A stretch of DNA of 64,000 nt from a virus (taxonomy: Duplodnaviria; Caudoviricetes). Under the pieces are notes generated by a model that saw nothing but the letters and a program-made list of their open reading frames with translations, was not told where the DNA came from and ran no database searches. The DNA lies in the IMG/VR virus record IMGVR_UViG_3300020577_002562, positions 96,001-160,000 of that record; one strand, given 5' to 3'. Below, piece by piece: positions 44,501 to 53,308 of the stretch. Positions within the stretch are counted from its first letter, which is position 1; each line of letters starts with the position of its first letter. A program made the translations under genes and the position numbers.

Positions 44501-46216
44501 CAGACGCTTCTCGTAGTTCTTGGCCAGGTAATCAGCGGCCTCTGCCAGCAGACGTAGAGGCAGCACTGGGCTTTTATCTGTGATGTCTGCCAGCACGAAT
44601 CCGTACCGTGCAGCCCACTCCTCTGAGAAATACTTGTATAGGGCTGGATTCGAGTCTTCAGACAGTGTACGGCCCATGCGGGCCAAGTCTGCATTGATGA
44701 TGTTCAACAGCGTCTTGGTCGAACCCTCATTCAACGCAGCAATCACGCCGGTACGCGAGTCTGGCAGGAACCATTCGGTGTACTTAAGGCCTGCATGTTG
44801 CGTCAACTTGTAGCCGATTGCCGCCAGCGCTTTGCCCAAATGACTGAACGCGGTTCCTGCTGCACCGCGTTGTGGATCAGACTCTAGCAACTGACGGATG
44901 TGGGTCGCCGTGGCTGGACGGCAAGAGTTCAGATCATCAACCTTGAGTGTTCCGCTGTCGGTGGTGTAGGTGAACTTGCCTTGGTACCAGTCAGTGAACA
45001 CTGGCTCATTTCGACCCGCACGCTTACGCAGCATCGTGGCTTGACCAGCAGCGTTCAAGCCCTCTCTGTAGTGGGTCTTCTCTGGCGTGATCACATCGAC
45101 GGCCGCAAACTCGCCGCCTTCTGTTGTAGAACCTAGTTCAATCTCGTTCTCAACGCGCACAGCATTGTCTATTCCGACTTCTGGGATGAATCGGAAGTGA
45201 CCACGTTGCGTTACCAGCAGACCATCATCATTGGTGCGCTTGACGGGAACGAGCCGTGAATCTTTGGTAGCACGAGCAATGGTGCTGATAGGGTTCAGAG
45301 TCTCTGTATAGTTGGTGGCGCCACCTTCACCTTCATCAGTCTCGTCGCCTTTGTCGTCTTTCAGAGTGATGTTGATCAGACTCTGCAGGAACGCCGAGAA
45401 GTATTGAAGCCGAACCTTCGACAGTTCAGTCTGAGTGACGTATTCAACGACTTCAGTCGGGAAGTCATAGACGCCCGCAACATACACTTCCGCCAAGCGG
45501 AAGACGTGCTGACGTGCGTAGCCTACGAACTCACCGTCAGGCAGCTTCATCAATTGGTTGAATGGCACACCATCTTTGGTAGCACGCCCCATGAAGCGCA
45601 CGCTCCGTGTTGCTTCAAGAAGCATCTCAGCCGGATCTTGAGAGTCCTCGTCTACCAGTTCAAGCTTATCCCAATCCGGCTTGAATCCCTTGTGGTTCTT
45701 GAAGACTCGCGCGGCTGGGATCTCAAAGTCGATTGGACCTGGTTCACTGAGGGCTGGATGAATCAGCCGAAGACCCTGCATGAACGCTTTGAGCGCGGGG
45801 ACGTCACCCCCAAGACGACGACTCAGCAGTTCAGGAGTGCGTTGGATTCTGGTCAGTTGACCCAACGGAACTGTAGCTTGAACACCCTCGTCGGTACGCT
45901 TGAGTCTGATGCCTGCAGCTGCCTTCTTGACGATTGGAAACTGCAACGCATCTTGAAAGCCGATGAGGAAGTCGTCATCTCGAAGATCCAGATTGAGCTT
46001 GGATGTTGCTGTCGCCGCCACAAAGGCATGCGTGAACATCGCGGTGAAGATGATGACGCCTTTGAAGTCTTCGACCAGAATTGAATACTGGTGGTAGTCC
46101 GTCAGGTCCACTTTCGGTACGTCACTGAACCGACCTGCCAACTCTCGGACCGGCGTGTACTCGGCAAGGGTAGCAGCAGACGCGGCTGCGGCAGCCGTGG
46201 TTGTAAGTTCAAACAT
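41567..46216 (-). CDS. Large SNF2-family helicase/ATPase
   Basis: LLAHQ, QAGGGKT, LIMCPADL, WVDEVHKLKN, MSGT, KVLIF, GRNLQ, QGEARVLR; start set to ATG 46216 coupled to the upstream stop. Confidence 0.85.
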   Translation of the reverse strand: MFELTTTAAAAASAATLAEYTPVRELAGRFSDVPKVDLTDYHQYSILVEDFKGVIIFTAMFTHAFVAATATSKLNLDLRDDDFLIGFQDALQFPIVKKAAAGIRLKRTDEGVQATVPLGQLTRIQRTPELLSRRLGGDVPALKAFMQGLRLIHPALSEPGPIDFEIPAARVFKNHKGFKPDWDKLELVDEDSQDPAEMLLEATRSVRFMGRATKDGVPFNQLMKLPDGEFVGYARQHVFRLAEVYVAGVYDFPTEVVEYVTQTELSKVRLQYFSAFLQSLINITLKDDKGDETDEGEGGATNYTETLNPISTIARATKDSRLVPVKRTNDDGLLVTQRGHFRFIPEVGIDNAVRVENEIELGSTTEGGEFAAVDVITPEKTHYREGLNAAGQATMLRKRAGRNEPVFTDWYQGKFTYTTDSGTLKVDDLNSCRPATATHIRQLLESDPQRGAAGTAFSHLGKALAAIGYKLTQHAGLKYTEWFLPDSRTGVIAALNEGSTKTLLNIINADLARMGRTLSEDSNPALYKYFSEEWAARYGFVLADITDKSPVLPLRLLAEAADYLAKNYEKRLSDICEACGVHGATLAIAICVVISKYAPKKAEIRAQDEKLRAVYVNPQLETAETFTMPKVPFVKNATLLAHQGKIFSWLKNLPPAAVIDVQAGGGKTIVALIDIALNMKVGRVKRPLIMCPADLMKNYFIDANKVFGGRVNIIAISTVTVNSWGYDKLRELIQSAPPNTICITGFEFLSGRSEDYGYGTSRVTTSNNLEFLREFEWDGLWVDEVHKLKNVYSVRTRMAMQLASTIKVIRQMSGTYLPDTNEDVVALFAQIEPTVFGDLKRFNEEFKDPNKGRGAWIPNAGRAIRRRQEQHSNVITIKRREWKALLPKVTDEYFVVPMDQDVQIIYNRLVEEQIEAIREEIAEKNPKLKKALETGKMTEDEEDELENFLDGSIHIARLEEFLCDPMADEAGFAITDERKAISPKIKKVHELITKHQAQIKQYPGKVLIFAKNHIGANAVYKYAPPELKKHILLYRASGGEMTKDQYLDEFEKNPEIWALVGVEDSLNTGRNLQFCSRLIRIQAVWNWGAMEQGEARVLRPNVASEFRKEIFIDMVIVNNSIDVTKTSRMVAKLVETLKWYESEDPRFQNLPSLPPVSMSLTNISASNSFTDGGENSLANYIDTYQQYRNLEEEAYEDFLKDKTRFSKPYKLEDGGVLPGSAMLKKVPYIPGIDLYGMEELGLVKFTTYESENRRKKEFDPTGLIIHTEDGEGECTGMSDRSVRVRINGKVQAYNKDTAFVVQRKTVNVRETMARIAGADSTRAVDPGRSKKELPKVIPNKPVPNVDKTVNQQFSVFAINYNEWIALGVDAEDPDVPVTELRRLGFVPNRPYYYTELKTWRHLAKWLDLAQAKLEINEAHLKRLQETLELWKRAKDLDNFMKVLTPTVLKDFLRAAIKPVGAKEARPYVMVDNGDVYLCIDQTAHKQSWSAIRRIIVPGIAWEEAEHEMFLFCANRQDAKRKLVELTKSYTITNALKTSKRIDELRTIGK

Positions 46217-46640
46217 TGGACATCTCTGCATAGTGGGACCAAACACTCGGAGCACCGAGCCCCGCACTTGGATAACGATTCAGCAGTTCCTTGGCCAATA
46301 GACGAGCCAGTTCGCGGTCTGGTTCTCTCTTGAACCATTCCTCAGTGTATTCAGTTGCTGCCAGCTTTGAGGCTTCAGCATCATGGAAACCGCTAAGACC
46401 ATCTAGGATTCGGTTCAGCACGTCACGACGATCTGCGTCAGTCAATGCAGGCCGACGCAATTCGTCAATGACTGAGCGTAGCTCGACGATTCTCTCCTGC
46501 AGCATTCGCTTGGTTTCCGTGGATCGTCCGGCTGTCAGCACGGGTGTAGATGCTCCCGTGTTTGGCAACCGATCAATCTGATCGTCTATCTCCGCAAGAA
46601 TGCGGTCCATGCGTGCGACTGTTTGATTAAGGTGTTTCAT
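46209..46640 (-). CDS. Hypothetical helical protein
   Basis: 143 aa, coupled. Confidence 0.55.
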   Translation of the reverse strand: MKHLNQTVARMDRILAEIDDQIDRLPNTGASTPVLTAGRSTETKRMLQERIVELRSVIDELRRPALTDADRRDVLNRILDGLSGFHDAEASKLAATEYTEEWFKREPDRELARLLAKELLNRYPSAGLGAPSVWSHYAEMSNV

Positions 46641-47314
46641 CAGAACTTGGCCCTTGTAGTGCGTAACCGCTGAGTCAAAATTACTGGTAACCAGAGGCGG
46701 CGAATGACGAATTCTGCAAATGCCATCTCAGGTTCAGTGTGCATCACTTCCGACACGTATGGGGTTTCATCGAACCTCATCGTATACCAGACGAAGGTCT
46801 CAAAGTTGTTCGCTGCACTCACGCCGATTTCGTAGGGCTTGCTGGGGAACTTACGATGCCAGTCCCACTTACCAAGCTTGTAAGGACCGTTGTACTGGAA
46901 GAAGTTGTTGGCACTAAGCCACTTGCGCAATGGTTCCAGTGGTTCCTGTCTCAGCATCAGCATGCCATGCAGTTCAAAGCCTTGCTCGAAACGTTTGACC
47001 TTGAACGTGACTGGAGGCATACGCTCGTTCAGTGTTCGAGCAAGTATGCCCCATTCATCTACATACTTTACAAGTTCGCGTCTGATCTTACGCATGGCGA
47101 ACGTCAGAACCAAGTTGTTCTGGGAGCCGTTAGCGTGCCGGAAGGGATTGCGACCCAAGCTGTTGCACAAGCGCAGATACGCTCCGACTCGTTGAGATTC
47201 TGGCTCCTTGTACGCGCGTGACCACAGTTCCGCATTGCGCGGATCGAACTGTCGTGGCATCGTCCTAGACTTCGGATCAATGCCTAGTATCTCAGCGGAG
47301 TCAACAGGCTTCAT
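46640..47314 (-). CDS. Hypothetical protein
   Basis: 224 aa. Confidence 0.55.
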   Translation of the reverse strand: MKPVDSAEILGIDPKSRTMPRQFDPRNAELWSRAYKEPESQRVGAYLRLCNSLGRNPFRHANGSQNNLVLTFAMRKIRRELVKYVDEWGILARTLNERMPPVTFKVKRFEQGFELHGMLMLRQEPLEPLRKWLSANNFFQYNGPYKLGKWDWHRKFPSKPYEIGVSAANNFETFVWYTMRFDETPYVSEVMHTEPEMAFAEFVIRRLWLPVILTQRLRTTRAKF

Positions 47315-47353
47315 TCTACGATCTCGTATACCAGTATGGTTTTGTCACCGCGC

Positions 47354-47915
47354 TTAGCCTCGTTTGTACACTTCTTGTTCCTTGAGTAGTTCATCTAGGT
47401 ATTCTTTGGCAACTTTTACAGCGCGTGCGCCCCACTTCTCTCGACGAGTCATATCCAGATTACGCTTCGCCGACCGGATAGCTTCTTTTAGAGCCTCGGG
47501 GGACACCGCTGCCCATAGGCTTAGTCTTAGCCGATGCTGACGCCGCAAGCCGGGCAGTTGCTTCGCGGATGATGCGAGAACTGTTGCTAGTAACCGCATC
47601 CTTACCGTAATAGTTCTTTTGCGCCCCATCACGTAGAGCTACCGTGTACGGGGTCTTCCTATCATCTCGGTCCCACTCAAGAACAAGCCAACGCCTGTTG
47701 CCAAGATCCCAAGTCCAGTGCTTACCACCAGCGGTACCACCCTCAATACGTGGTCTGCCAAACTTGGCAGTGAGTGCTGGAATGTAGTCATCAATGTGAG
47801 TGAATCGATCAAGATGAAAGCGAATGTAGCCGTTGAGAGCACTAGGTGGGTACTTGGCTAGTTTGAGGCCAAGGCTTGCCAGATACTTGCGTGCCGCATC
47901 AATTGAGATTGCCAT
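47354..47915 (-). CDS. Hypothetical two-domain protein, apparently frameshifted near 47513
   Basis: ORFs 47460..47915 and 47354..47632 join if one G is removed from ATGGGC. Confidence 0.45.
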
Positions 47916-47935
47916 GATGGTCCTGGTAGTTGTTG

Positions 47936-48268
47936 TCAGGCCCGTTGAAACCGCTTCATGAAGTCCTCGGCAATCTTATGTACCCTATCTTCTGGTAGAC
48001 CAGGCTTCAAGAACTTCTTTTCCACGTTTCGGTTCTTGTACTGAGGCAGCAATTTCACACGCCCTACGTGTAGATTGTCGATGAAATTCTTGTCGAATGG
48101 TCCGATAATCGTCCAACCTGATGTTGGATCCGGGTCGCACACTATCCAACAGTATGGTGACATGCCACAATTTGGAATCTCGCCCACCGTCATCTGAGAG
48201 TCGTCCCAGTACGGCTTACCGATCTTGCGCCACTTAACTGTAGTGGCCGTTTGTGTCAGTCGCTTCAT
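47936..48268 (-). CDS. Small protein with MKRLTQTA leader
   Basis: AGGAG RBS, 110 aa. Confidence 0.65.
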   Translation of the reverse strand: MKRLTQTATTVKWRKIGKPYWDDSQMTVGEIPNCGMSPYCWIVCDPDPTSGWTIIGPFDKNFIDNLHVGRVKLLPQYKNRNVEKKFLKPGLPEDRVHKIAEDFMKRFQRA

Positions 48269-48283
48269 GGTCTGCTCCTAAGA

Positions 48284-48583
48284 TCAACCAACGTCAACAG
48301 CCAGGATGCCCGAGTACACCAAGTAATAGACGGTTATCCCGATACCAATTGATTGCGGAGGACTGAATTCCCACATCATCAAACCATAGTGGCCCGGTAT
48401 CTTCATCCGCTTGAATCCGCTTGACAACAGTTTCTTGTCAATCGCGCCGGATTTGTCTGCTTGGGTTAACCACAGCAAAGTTGTAGCTGTCCCCGTTTCA
48501 TTGATTCTTTTCGGTACCCCAAGCTTGAACGGAAATATCTTCACGAATCCGTCAACAACATCTTGGAAAAGCTTACTGTCCAT
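48284..48583 (-). CDS. Hypothetical protein
   Basis: 99 aa, GAGG RBS. Confidence 0.55.
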   Translation of the reverse strand: MDSKLFQDVVDGFVKIFPFKLGVPKRINETGTATTLLWLTQADKSGAIDKKLLSSGFKRMKIPGHYGLMMWEFSPPQSIGIGITVYYLVYSGILAVDVG

Positions 48584-48586
48584 GAT

Positions 48587-48919
48587 TCACCTCAAGTGAC
48601 GATGCTTAGAAACGTGGCATTTGCCACAAACTGTCATTTGGTTGTGAGCCGCGTCGGCTCCACCTCGTGACAACGAAATGATGTGATGTGCTGCTCGCTC
48701 TGGATCACCCACTACGGAGCAACCACAACGTCTACATCTGTAGCCATCACGCTGAAACACCTTTTGCGCGGCCGCTCGTCGGTCTGACCCGTAGTCTTGC
48801 TCCCACGGCTTTCGGCTACGAACAGCAACACCATACTTGTTACGCTGGGTAAGTCCGGCCTTCACAGTCATCTGTGAGCACCCCGTTTTGAATGAATCCG
48901 TGATACACACCGACGACAT
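48587..48919 (-). CDS. HNH endonuclease
   Basis: RDGYRCRRCG...HHII..SRGG....NQMTVCGKCH; true start probably the downstream ATG (MTVKAG). Confidence 0.8.
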   Translation of the reverse strand: MSSVCITDSFKTGCSQMTVKAGLTQRNKYGVAVRSRKPWEQDYGSDRRAAAQKVFQRDGYRCRRCGCSVVGDPERAAHHIISLSRGGADAAHNQMTVCGKCHVSKHRHLR

Positions 48920-49238
48920 TGATCGACGGGCTTACTGTAATCAAGGGTGCTGTACCAGTAACGGTCCAACCACCATGCATGCCATTCTGATCCCAACATT
49001 TGCTGTCTACGCAGAACACACCTGCTTTGGGCAACATCACCAGGAGCGGCAGTCGATGTGTGTTGTTGGTCAGGTAGTAGTCACTCAAGCGTTTGCGGCT
49101 GGCGAAGAAGTCAGGCCAATCTAGATGGTCATCAGATTCTTCGGATAAGACCTTTGCGTCGGCATACCAGATCGAACCTACAGGAATCGTTCTAGCGTCT
49201 TGCCCGGTGTACTCGATCAACTTTAGTTGCCAACTCAT
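48840..49238 (-). CDS. DUF6527-like protein
   Basis: GWTVTG..P..TVSPSI...YHGFIQNG. Confidence 0.55.
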   Translation of the reverse strand: MSWQLKLIEYTGQDARTIPVGSIWYADAKVLSEESDDHLDWPDFFASRKRLSDYYLTNNTHRLPLLVMLPKAGVFCVDSKCWDQNGMHGGWTVTGTAPLITVSPSINVVGVYHGFIQNGVLTDDCEGRTYPA

Positions 49239-50098
49239 GTCGCACCTGTCATCATTGCAAGCAGTCCAGGCTTATTGGTCCACTTGTCATTGAACACGGA
49301 CTTGATCTGACTGCTGTAGAACACACCCCAAACACGCACTTTAGCCGGGTCACGACCGTCATCGTCCATCTGATTGAACGCACTGCTTGAACCCTCATAG
49401 CTGAGAAAGCCATCGAAACCCTGGTGCTTGGCTGCTTCCACGAATCCAGGATACGCTTCTTTGACTTCCCAACGACCGTTCAAGAACAGAGTACGGCACC
49501 GCTCCATCAACGCTTGCTGACCAGGACCACGAGTGGATCGAACGTAGAACTGCTCCATCTTCTTCCAGTGCGGCTCCGTCGGCAGCATTGGGTTCAACAC
49601 TCGCAGGTAGCACTTGTATAGCACCCCTCGATTGTCTTCGGTCTTGTCTTCACTGTGCCAAGTGGAAAAGCCATGCGCGTATCTGGATTCCTCTGAGAAG
49701 AAGAACACGCGGAAGCCCGCAGCGACACGCTCACTAACTGGCATGTAGGGATTGATGTAGAGCGCAGCTTCTCGTCTAGCGTCCCTCTCGTTGTTGGCGT
49801 CGAGTCGTTCCAACTGACCGAACTGGTGCAGGATCCACAAGTTACCAAGATGCCACAGTTCGCCTTCTAGAGTCTTGGAACCATCGTACCGAAGACCCAA
49901 CACGTTCCACTTGTGGTCCTCGAACGATACAAAGTCCAGCCGCTTGTACTGGCGCGGTTGAAAGGCAAACTGGTGGATGTCTGCGCGAGAAGCGTGATAC
50001 ACAGGCAACGGATTACCTGCTCGGTCAACCACTTTAGAACCGCGTATCCACTTGGCTAGACTTGAATCGTCAGATCTAGCTGTCAACGTGCGTCGCAT
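49235..50098 (-). CDS. ADP-ribosyltransferase-fold protein (ART-PolyVal-like)
   Basis: SKVVD..GNPLPVYHAS, FFFSE...YA, YLRVLNP, GFDG, VFYSSQIKS; start set to ATG 50098. Confidence 0.7.
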   Translation of the reverse strand: MRRTLTARSDDSSLAKWIRGSKVVDRAGNPLPVYHASRADIHQFAFQPRQYKRLDFVSFEDHKWNVLGLRYDGSKTLEGELWHLGNLWILHQFGQLERLDANNERDARREAALYINPYMPVSERVAAGFRVFFFSEESRYAHGFSTWHSEDKTEDNRGVLYKCYLRVLNPMLPTEPHWKKMEQFYVRSTRGPGQQALMERCRTLFLNGRWEVKEAYPGFVEAAKHQGFDGFLSYEGSSSAFNQMDDDGRDPAKVRVWGVFYSSQIKSVFNDKWTNKPGLLAMMTGAT

Positions 50099-50102
50099 TC
50101 CG

Positions 50103-50882
50103 TCACTCTTCCGCGGGCTCTTCTTCCGATTCTGATTCAGGCTTAGATTTCTTGGACTCCTTCTTGGCGAAAGCATCGCGCAGATACTTCACCTTCTTGG
50201 TGGTGCTCTTGTCGAAGATGAAGAGGAAGACACCCCAATCCGGCAGCATCTCGATCTGGATGTCAATCCCATTGGCGTATGGTGCAGCCATCCAGATGCT
50301 CTGGTTCTTCTTGAGAACTTGCACGTAGCAGTGCTTGGGGTCCGCCACTTTCTTGACCTGCTTGGCAGCCGCTACCGCAGCTAGCCACTGTACGTTCTTC
50401 GATGTGAAGCCACAGACCACGCGACCGAACTTGAGGAACTTCCAACCAGCAGTGATGCCCAACCAACGCATCAACGTCTGGATCTCTTTGATCTGGTTGA
50501 TGGCGGCAGTCTCCTGCAATCTTACAGCAGCGGACTCCATCACCCTATCGACATGAGATTCGATTTTGCCTTTGCTCATGACAGCCTTCTTCAGAAGTTC
50601 AAGCACCGCCTCTACGGGCTCGAATAGATTGTCCACTTCAGACGGCGGACCACCAACTGTTCGCCCGATGAATCTATCAAAGTGCGTGTATGCTCTGGTG
50701 ATTTGCGCTCCAGGAACACCATCCTTGCGGATGAAGCGCACACCGAGCGTCAATGCGGCGGAGTGTGGAACAGTATCATCACCGAACTTAATGAAGACGC
50801 CCCAGTCTGGGTTCTTGCCTGGCTTCATGCCAAGTCGCTTGGCGCCCGCCAACAACTTTTTCTTGTACTGTTCTGGCGACAT
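50103..50882 (-). CDS. Two-domain hypothetical protein with internal RLQETAA linker
   Basis: 259 aa. Confidence 0.6.
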   Translation of the reverse strand: MSPEQYKKKLLAGAKRLGMKPGKNPDWGVFIKFGDDTVPHSAALTLGVRFIRKDGVPGAQITRAYTHFDRFIGRTVGGPPSEVDNLFEPVEAVLELLKKAVMSKGKIESHVDRVMESAAVRLQETAAINQIKEIQTLMRWLGITAGWKFLKFGRVVCGFTSKNVQWLAAVAAAKQVKKVADPKHCYVQVLKKNQSIWMAAPYANGIDIQIEMLPDWGVFLFIFDKSTTKKVKYLRDAFAKKESKKSKPESESEEEPAEE

Positions 50883-50888
50883 GGGTCT

Positions 50889-51611
50889 TCACTTCCAGTT
50901 CAAGTCGATGAGTGGGTCTACAAACGTGTTCACCACTTGCTGCCACGCTTCAAGTTCCTTCTGACAACGAGCGATGTCTTGCGTACTCACCTTGTACAGG
51001 TGAAACTCGGGTGGTTCGATCCATCCAAACTTCCAGTGAGCCGGAGTATCCGTCCGACTGAACCACAGCTCAAAGTCCGGCACGCTCGCATTGCCAGGGC
51101 TGAACTGACCTCCGGCACGCAACACAGCAAAGTTCGCACCCGGCTGTTCGATCATATCCATACGTGCGGCCGCGCCCAGATCAACGCCGAGCCGGTAGGC
51201 AAACTGCCTTTCGTCGCCGAGATAGAGTTCCTTGAACCGCTGAACGCGATCCAGAATCTGTTGCTTGAGGCGCGCTTCAGACACTGCCGCAGTCAGCAAC
51301 GATGCGAAGAACAGCTTGGGGTGATCCAGATTCATTCGCACCCTGAACATATTGTCAGTGGTGCAGTCCCAATCACCTTCAGTCTGCTTGTAGACCAGCG
51401 TAAACGAACCAGAGTCGTCAAACGGTTGGCCCACCAGAGTGCTGCGATCACTCTTGAAGGTCAACGTGTGGACGTTGTTCAACGAAACGATTTCACAGTC
51501 ATCGTAACGACGCAACCAGTTACGAGCCTTCGACAACGCAGCTAGCGGATCGCTATCCTGGTTAACGATGGTTGTGCGGTACTGCTGTAGGGCTTCCGAG
51601 AAGTAACTCAT
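50889..51611 (-). CDS. Hypothetical protein
   Basis: 240 aa, coupled. Confidence 0.55.
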   Translation of the reverse strand: MSYFSEALQQYRTTIVNQDSDPLAALSKARNWLRRYDDCEIVSLNNVHTLTFKSDRSTLVGQPFDDSGSFTLVYKQTEGDWDCTTDNMFRVRMNLDHPKLFFASLLTAAVSEARLKQQILDRVQRFKELYLGDERQFAYRLGVDLGAAARMDMIEQPGANFAVLRAGGQFSPGNASVPDFELWFSRTDTPAHWKFGWIEPPEFHLYKVSTQDIARCQKELEAWQQVVNTFVDPLIDLNWK

Positions 51612-52273
51612 CGAATGATCACCTCGTTGATCTGCATTACTGCGGTCTTGTACTGCTCCGCTGCGTGGCGAGCAATGGTTGCGCCTGCTGAGTCGATCAA
51701 GTCCATTGCACGTCGTCGCTCTTCAGGCAGAATCTTCTCATCCAGCCGCCGACGCAACGAATGGTGCTCGTCCACCAGAATCTGAGCGACTGCGCGAAAG
51801 GCTGGCATAAGTATCTCGCGGGACAGAGTGGCAGCCAACTTCTGACGGTCACCCGTGTTCTGCAAGTCTGATGCTAGTTCGCGTGCTTGGGATACCAGTG
51901 CGTTCAGCGCATACGCATAGCTTTGCGTTGGGTTGCGACGGTATTGCTTCTCGGCGATTGGGATGATGCGCGTCACAGCATCAAGCATCTGCTTCTGGAA
52001 GTGTCCAATCGCTTTGTCTACGTTGCCCTCTTGGATCATCTGCGTGATCTGTTTGGCGGGCAACGAGAAGCGACTTCCGATCTTCTGAATCTCAGCCCCA
52101 GTCTTACGCAGCTTGGAGGCTTTGGCCTTGATCACACGCACTGGCGTAGCTTTGGGCGCTGACAGACGAAGCAAGTCAGCCGAAGCCCGGGAGCTGGATT
52201 TACCTGGCTTACCTGATTTGCTTGGCTTACCAGACCTACTGTGCGTTATCGTGATTGACTTGGCAGTCTTCAT
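51608..52273 (-). CDS. Hypothetical helical protein with basic N-terminus
   Basis: Likely ATG 52273 (MKTAKS). Confidence 0.55.
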   Translation of the reverse strand: MKTAKSITITHSRSGKPSKSGKPGKSSSRASADLLRLSAPKATPVRVIKAKASKLRKTGAEIQKIGSRFSLPAKQITQMIQEGNVDKAIGHFQKQMLDAVTRIIPIAEKQYRRNPTQSYAYALNALVSQARELASDLQNTGDRQKLAATLSREILMPAFRAVAQILVDEHHSLRRRLDEKILPEERRRAMDLIDSAGATIARHAAEQYKTAVMQINEVIIR

Positions 52274-52301
52274 GTTACCGTTCTCGGTACGGAGGGTGAC
52301 T

Positions 52302-52805
52302 TCAGATGTGGACCAGAGTGAACTCGACATTGCCTTTGCGAGCAATGCATACTTCGGGCTTTGGACAGTCGATCCGCCAACCCATCAATTTGACTGCTTG
52401 GCAAAAGTCGGTGAACTCGCAGTCGCTGATTTCAAACAGGTTCTTGCCTCGACCATCTAGCACGCATTGAATAGTGCAGTGTCCTGCGTGAGCCATGCGT
52501 TCCAGCATCTCAACGACGGCAAGATCAGGCAACTGGTTCAGAGGCACTGCATCGTACTTGTTATATGCCAGCACCGCTTGAACTTTCTCCGGCTGGACTG
52601 CCAGAGAGAACAGACGGTAGATGTGGCCTTCAAGCTCTTCTGGGCTGATGCCAAGCTGGCCGGCCAGTTCGTGAACGTCTACGTCCTTGATGTCAGGATG
52701 ATCACGAAACCACTCGACGATCATCCGGTCGAACTGAGCAGTTGTGGCAAACTGCCGCCGTGCTTTGGCCTTGACGGCCTTGAATGGTTTACGTGATCGT
52801 TTCAT
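52302..52805 (-). CDS. Hypothetical protein (possible head-internal protein)
   Basis: D.DVHELA..LGISPEELE..IY helical motif. Confidence 0.55.
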   Translation of the reverse strand: MKRSRKPFKAVKAKARRQFATTAQFDRMIVEWFRDHPDIKDVDVHELAGQLGISPEELEGHIYRLFSLAVQPEKVQAVLAYNKYDAVPLNQLPDLAVVEMLERMAHAGHCTIQCVLDGRGKNLFEISDCEFTDFCQAVKLMGWRIDCPKPEVCIARKGNVEFTLVHI

Positions 52806-52806
52806 G

Positions 52807-53223
52807 TTACTTCTTCTTGACAGCGTACATATACTCCATATAAGACAGAGGGTCTGTACCGCCTTCCCACTTGTTACGCAACTTGGCTAGCTTAAACATA
52901 TCAGACAAAGATCCGTAGAAAGCCACTTCTGGGTTACCACCGCCCGGACCTTGTTGGTTAACGATTTGAAAACCTGCGGTGTCTGGGTCCATGCGAGCTT
53001 CTTTCATGGTTTTCTTCGCAGCTTTGATGATGTCATCTACATCGAGGCCAGCATCATTCTCGTAATCCTCAATATACAGATCCACTGTGACAGCATACGT
53101 TTCTATGATGGGGTAGGCAAGGGAAGCCCACTTGTATTTCCCAGAGCCAGGAGTAACCTTAAGTCTAATAGAAGCTGCGCTTTCTTGCAAACGTTGATGG
53201 GCGGCAGTGATTACTTGCTTCAT
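52807..53223 (-). CDS. Small protein with MKQVITAAHQRLQESAA leader
   Basis: ATG 53223; the ORF-track extension upstream is only the tandem repeat. Confidence 0.6.
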   Translation of the reverse strand: MKQVITAAHQRLQESAASIRLKVTPGSGKYKWASLAYPIIETYAVTVDLYIEDYENDAGLDVDDIIKAAKKTMKEARMDPDTAGFQIVNQQGPGGGNPEVAFYGSLSDMFKLAKLRNKWEGGTDPLSYMEYMYAVKKK

Positions 53224-53234
53224 GGTGGTCTTTC

Positions 53235-53302
53235 GGTGGTTGAGGGTGGTTGAGGGTGGTTGAGGGTGGTTGAGGGTGGTTGACAAGAATCAACCACCCT
53301 CA
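53235..53302. repeat. Tandem 10-mer (TGAGGGTGGT)x4 plus one inverted copy
   Basis: Exact units at 53241-53280; TCAACCACCCTCA at 53290-53302 is the reverse complement. Confidence 0.95.
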
Positions 53303-53308
53303 GCTGCA

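Noticed and set aside
53235-53283. CRISPR-like array
   Set aside because: Units are 10 bp, contiguous, with no spacers and no cas genes.
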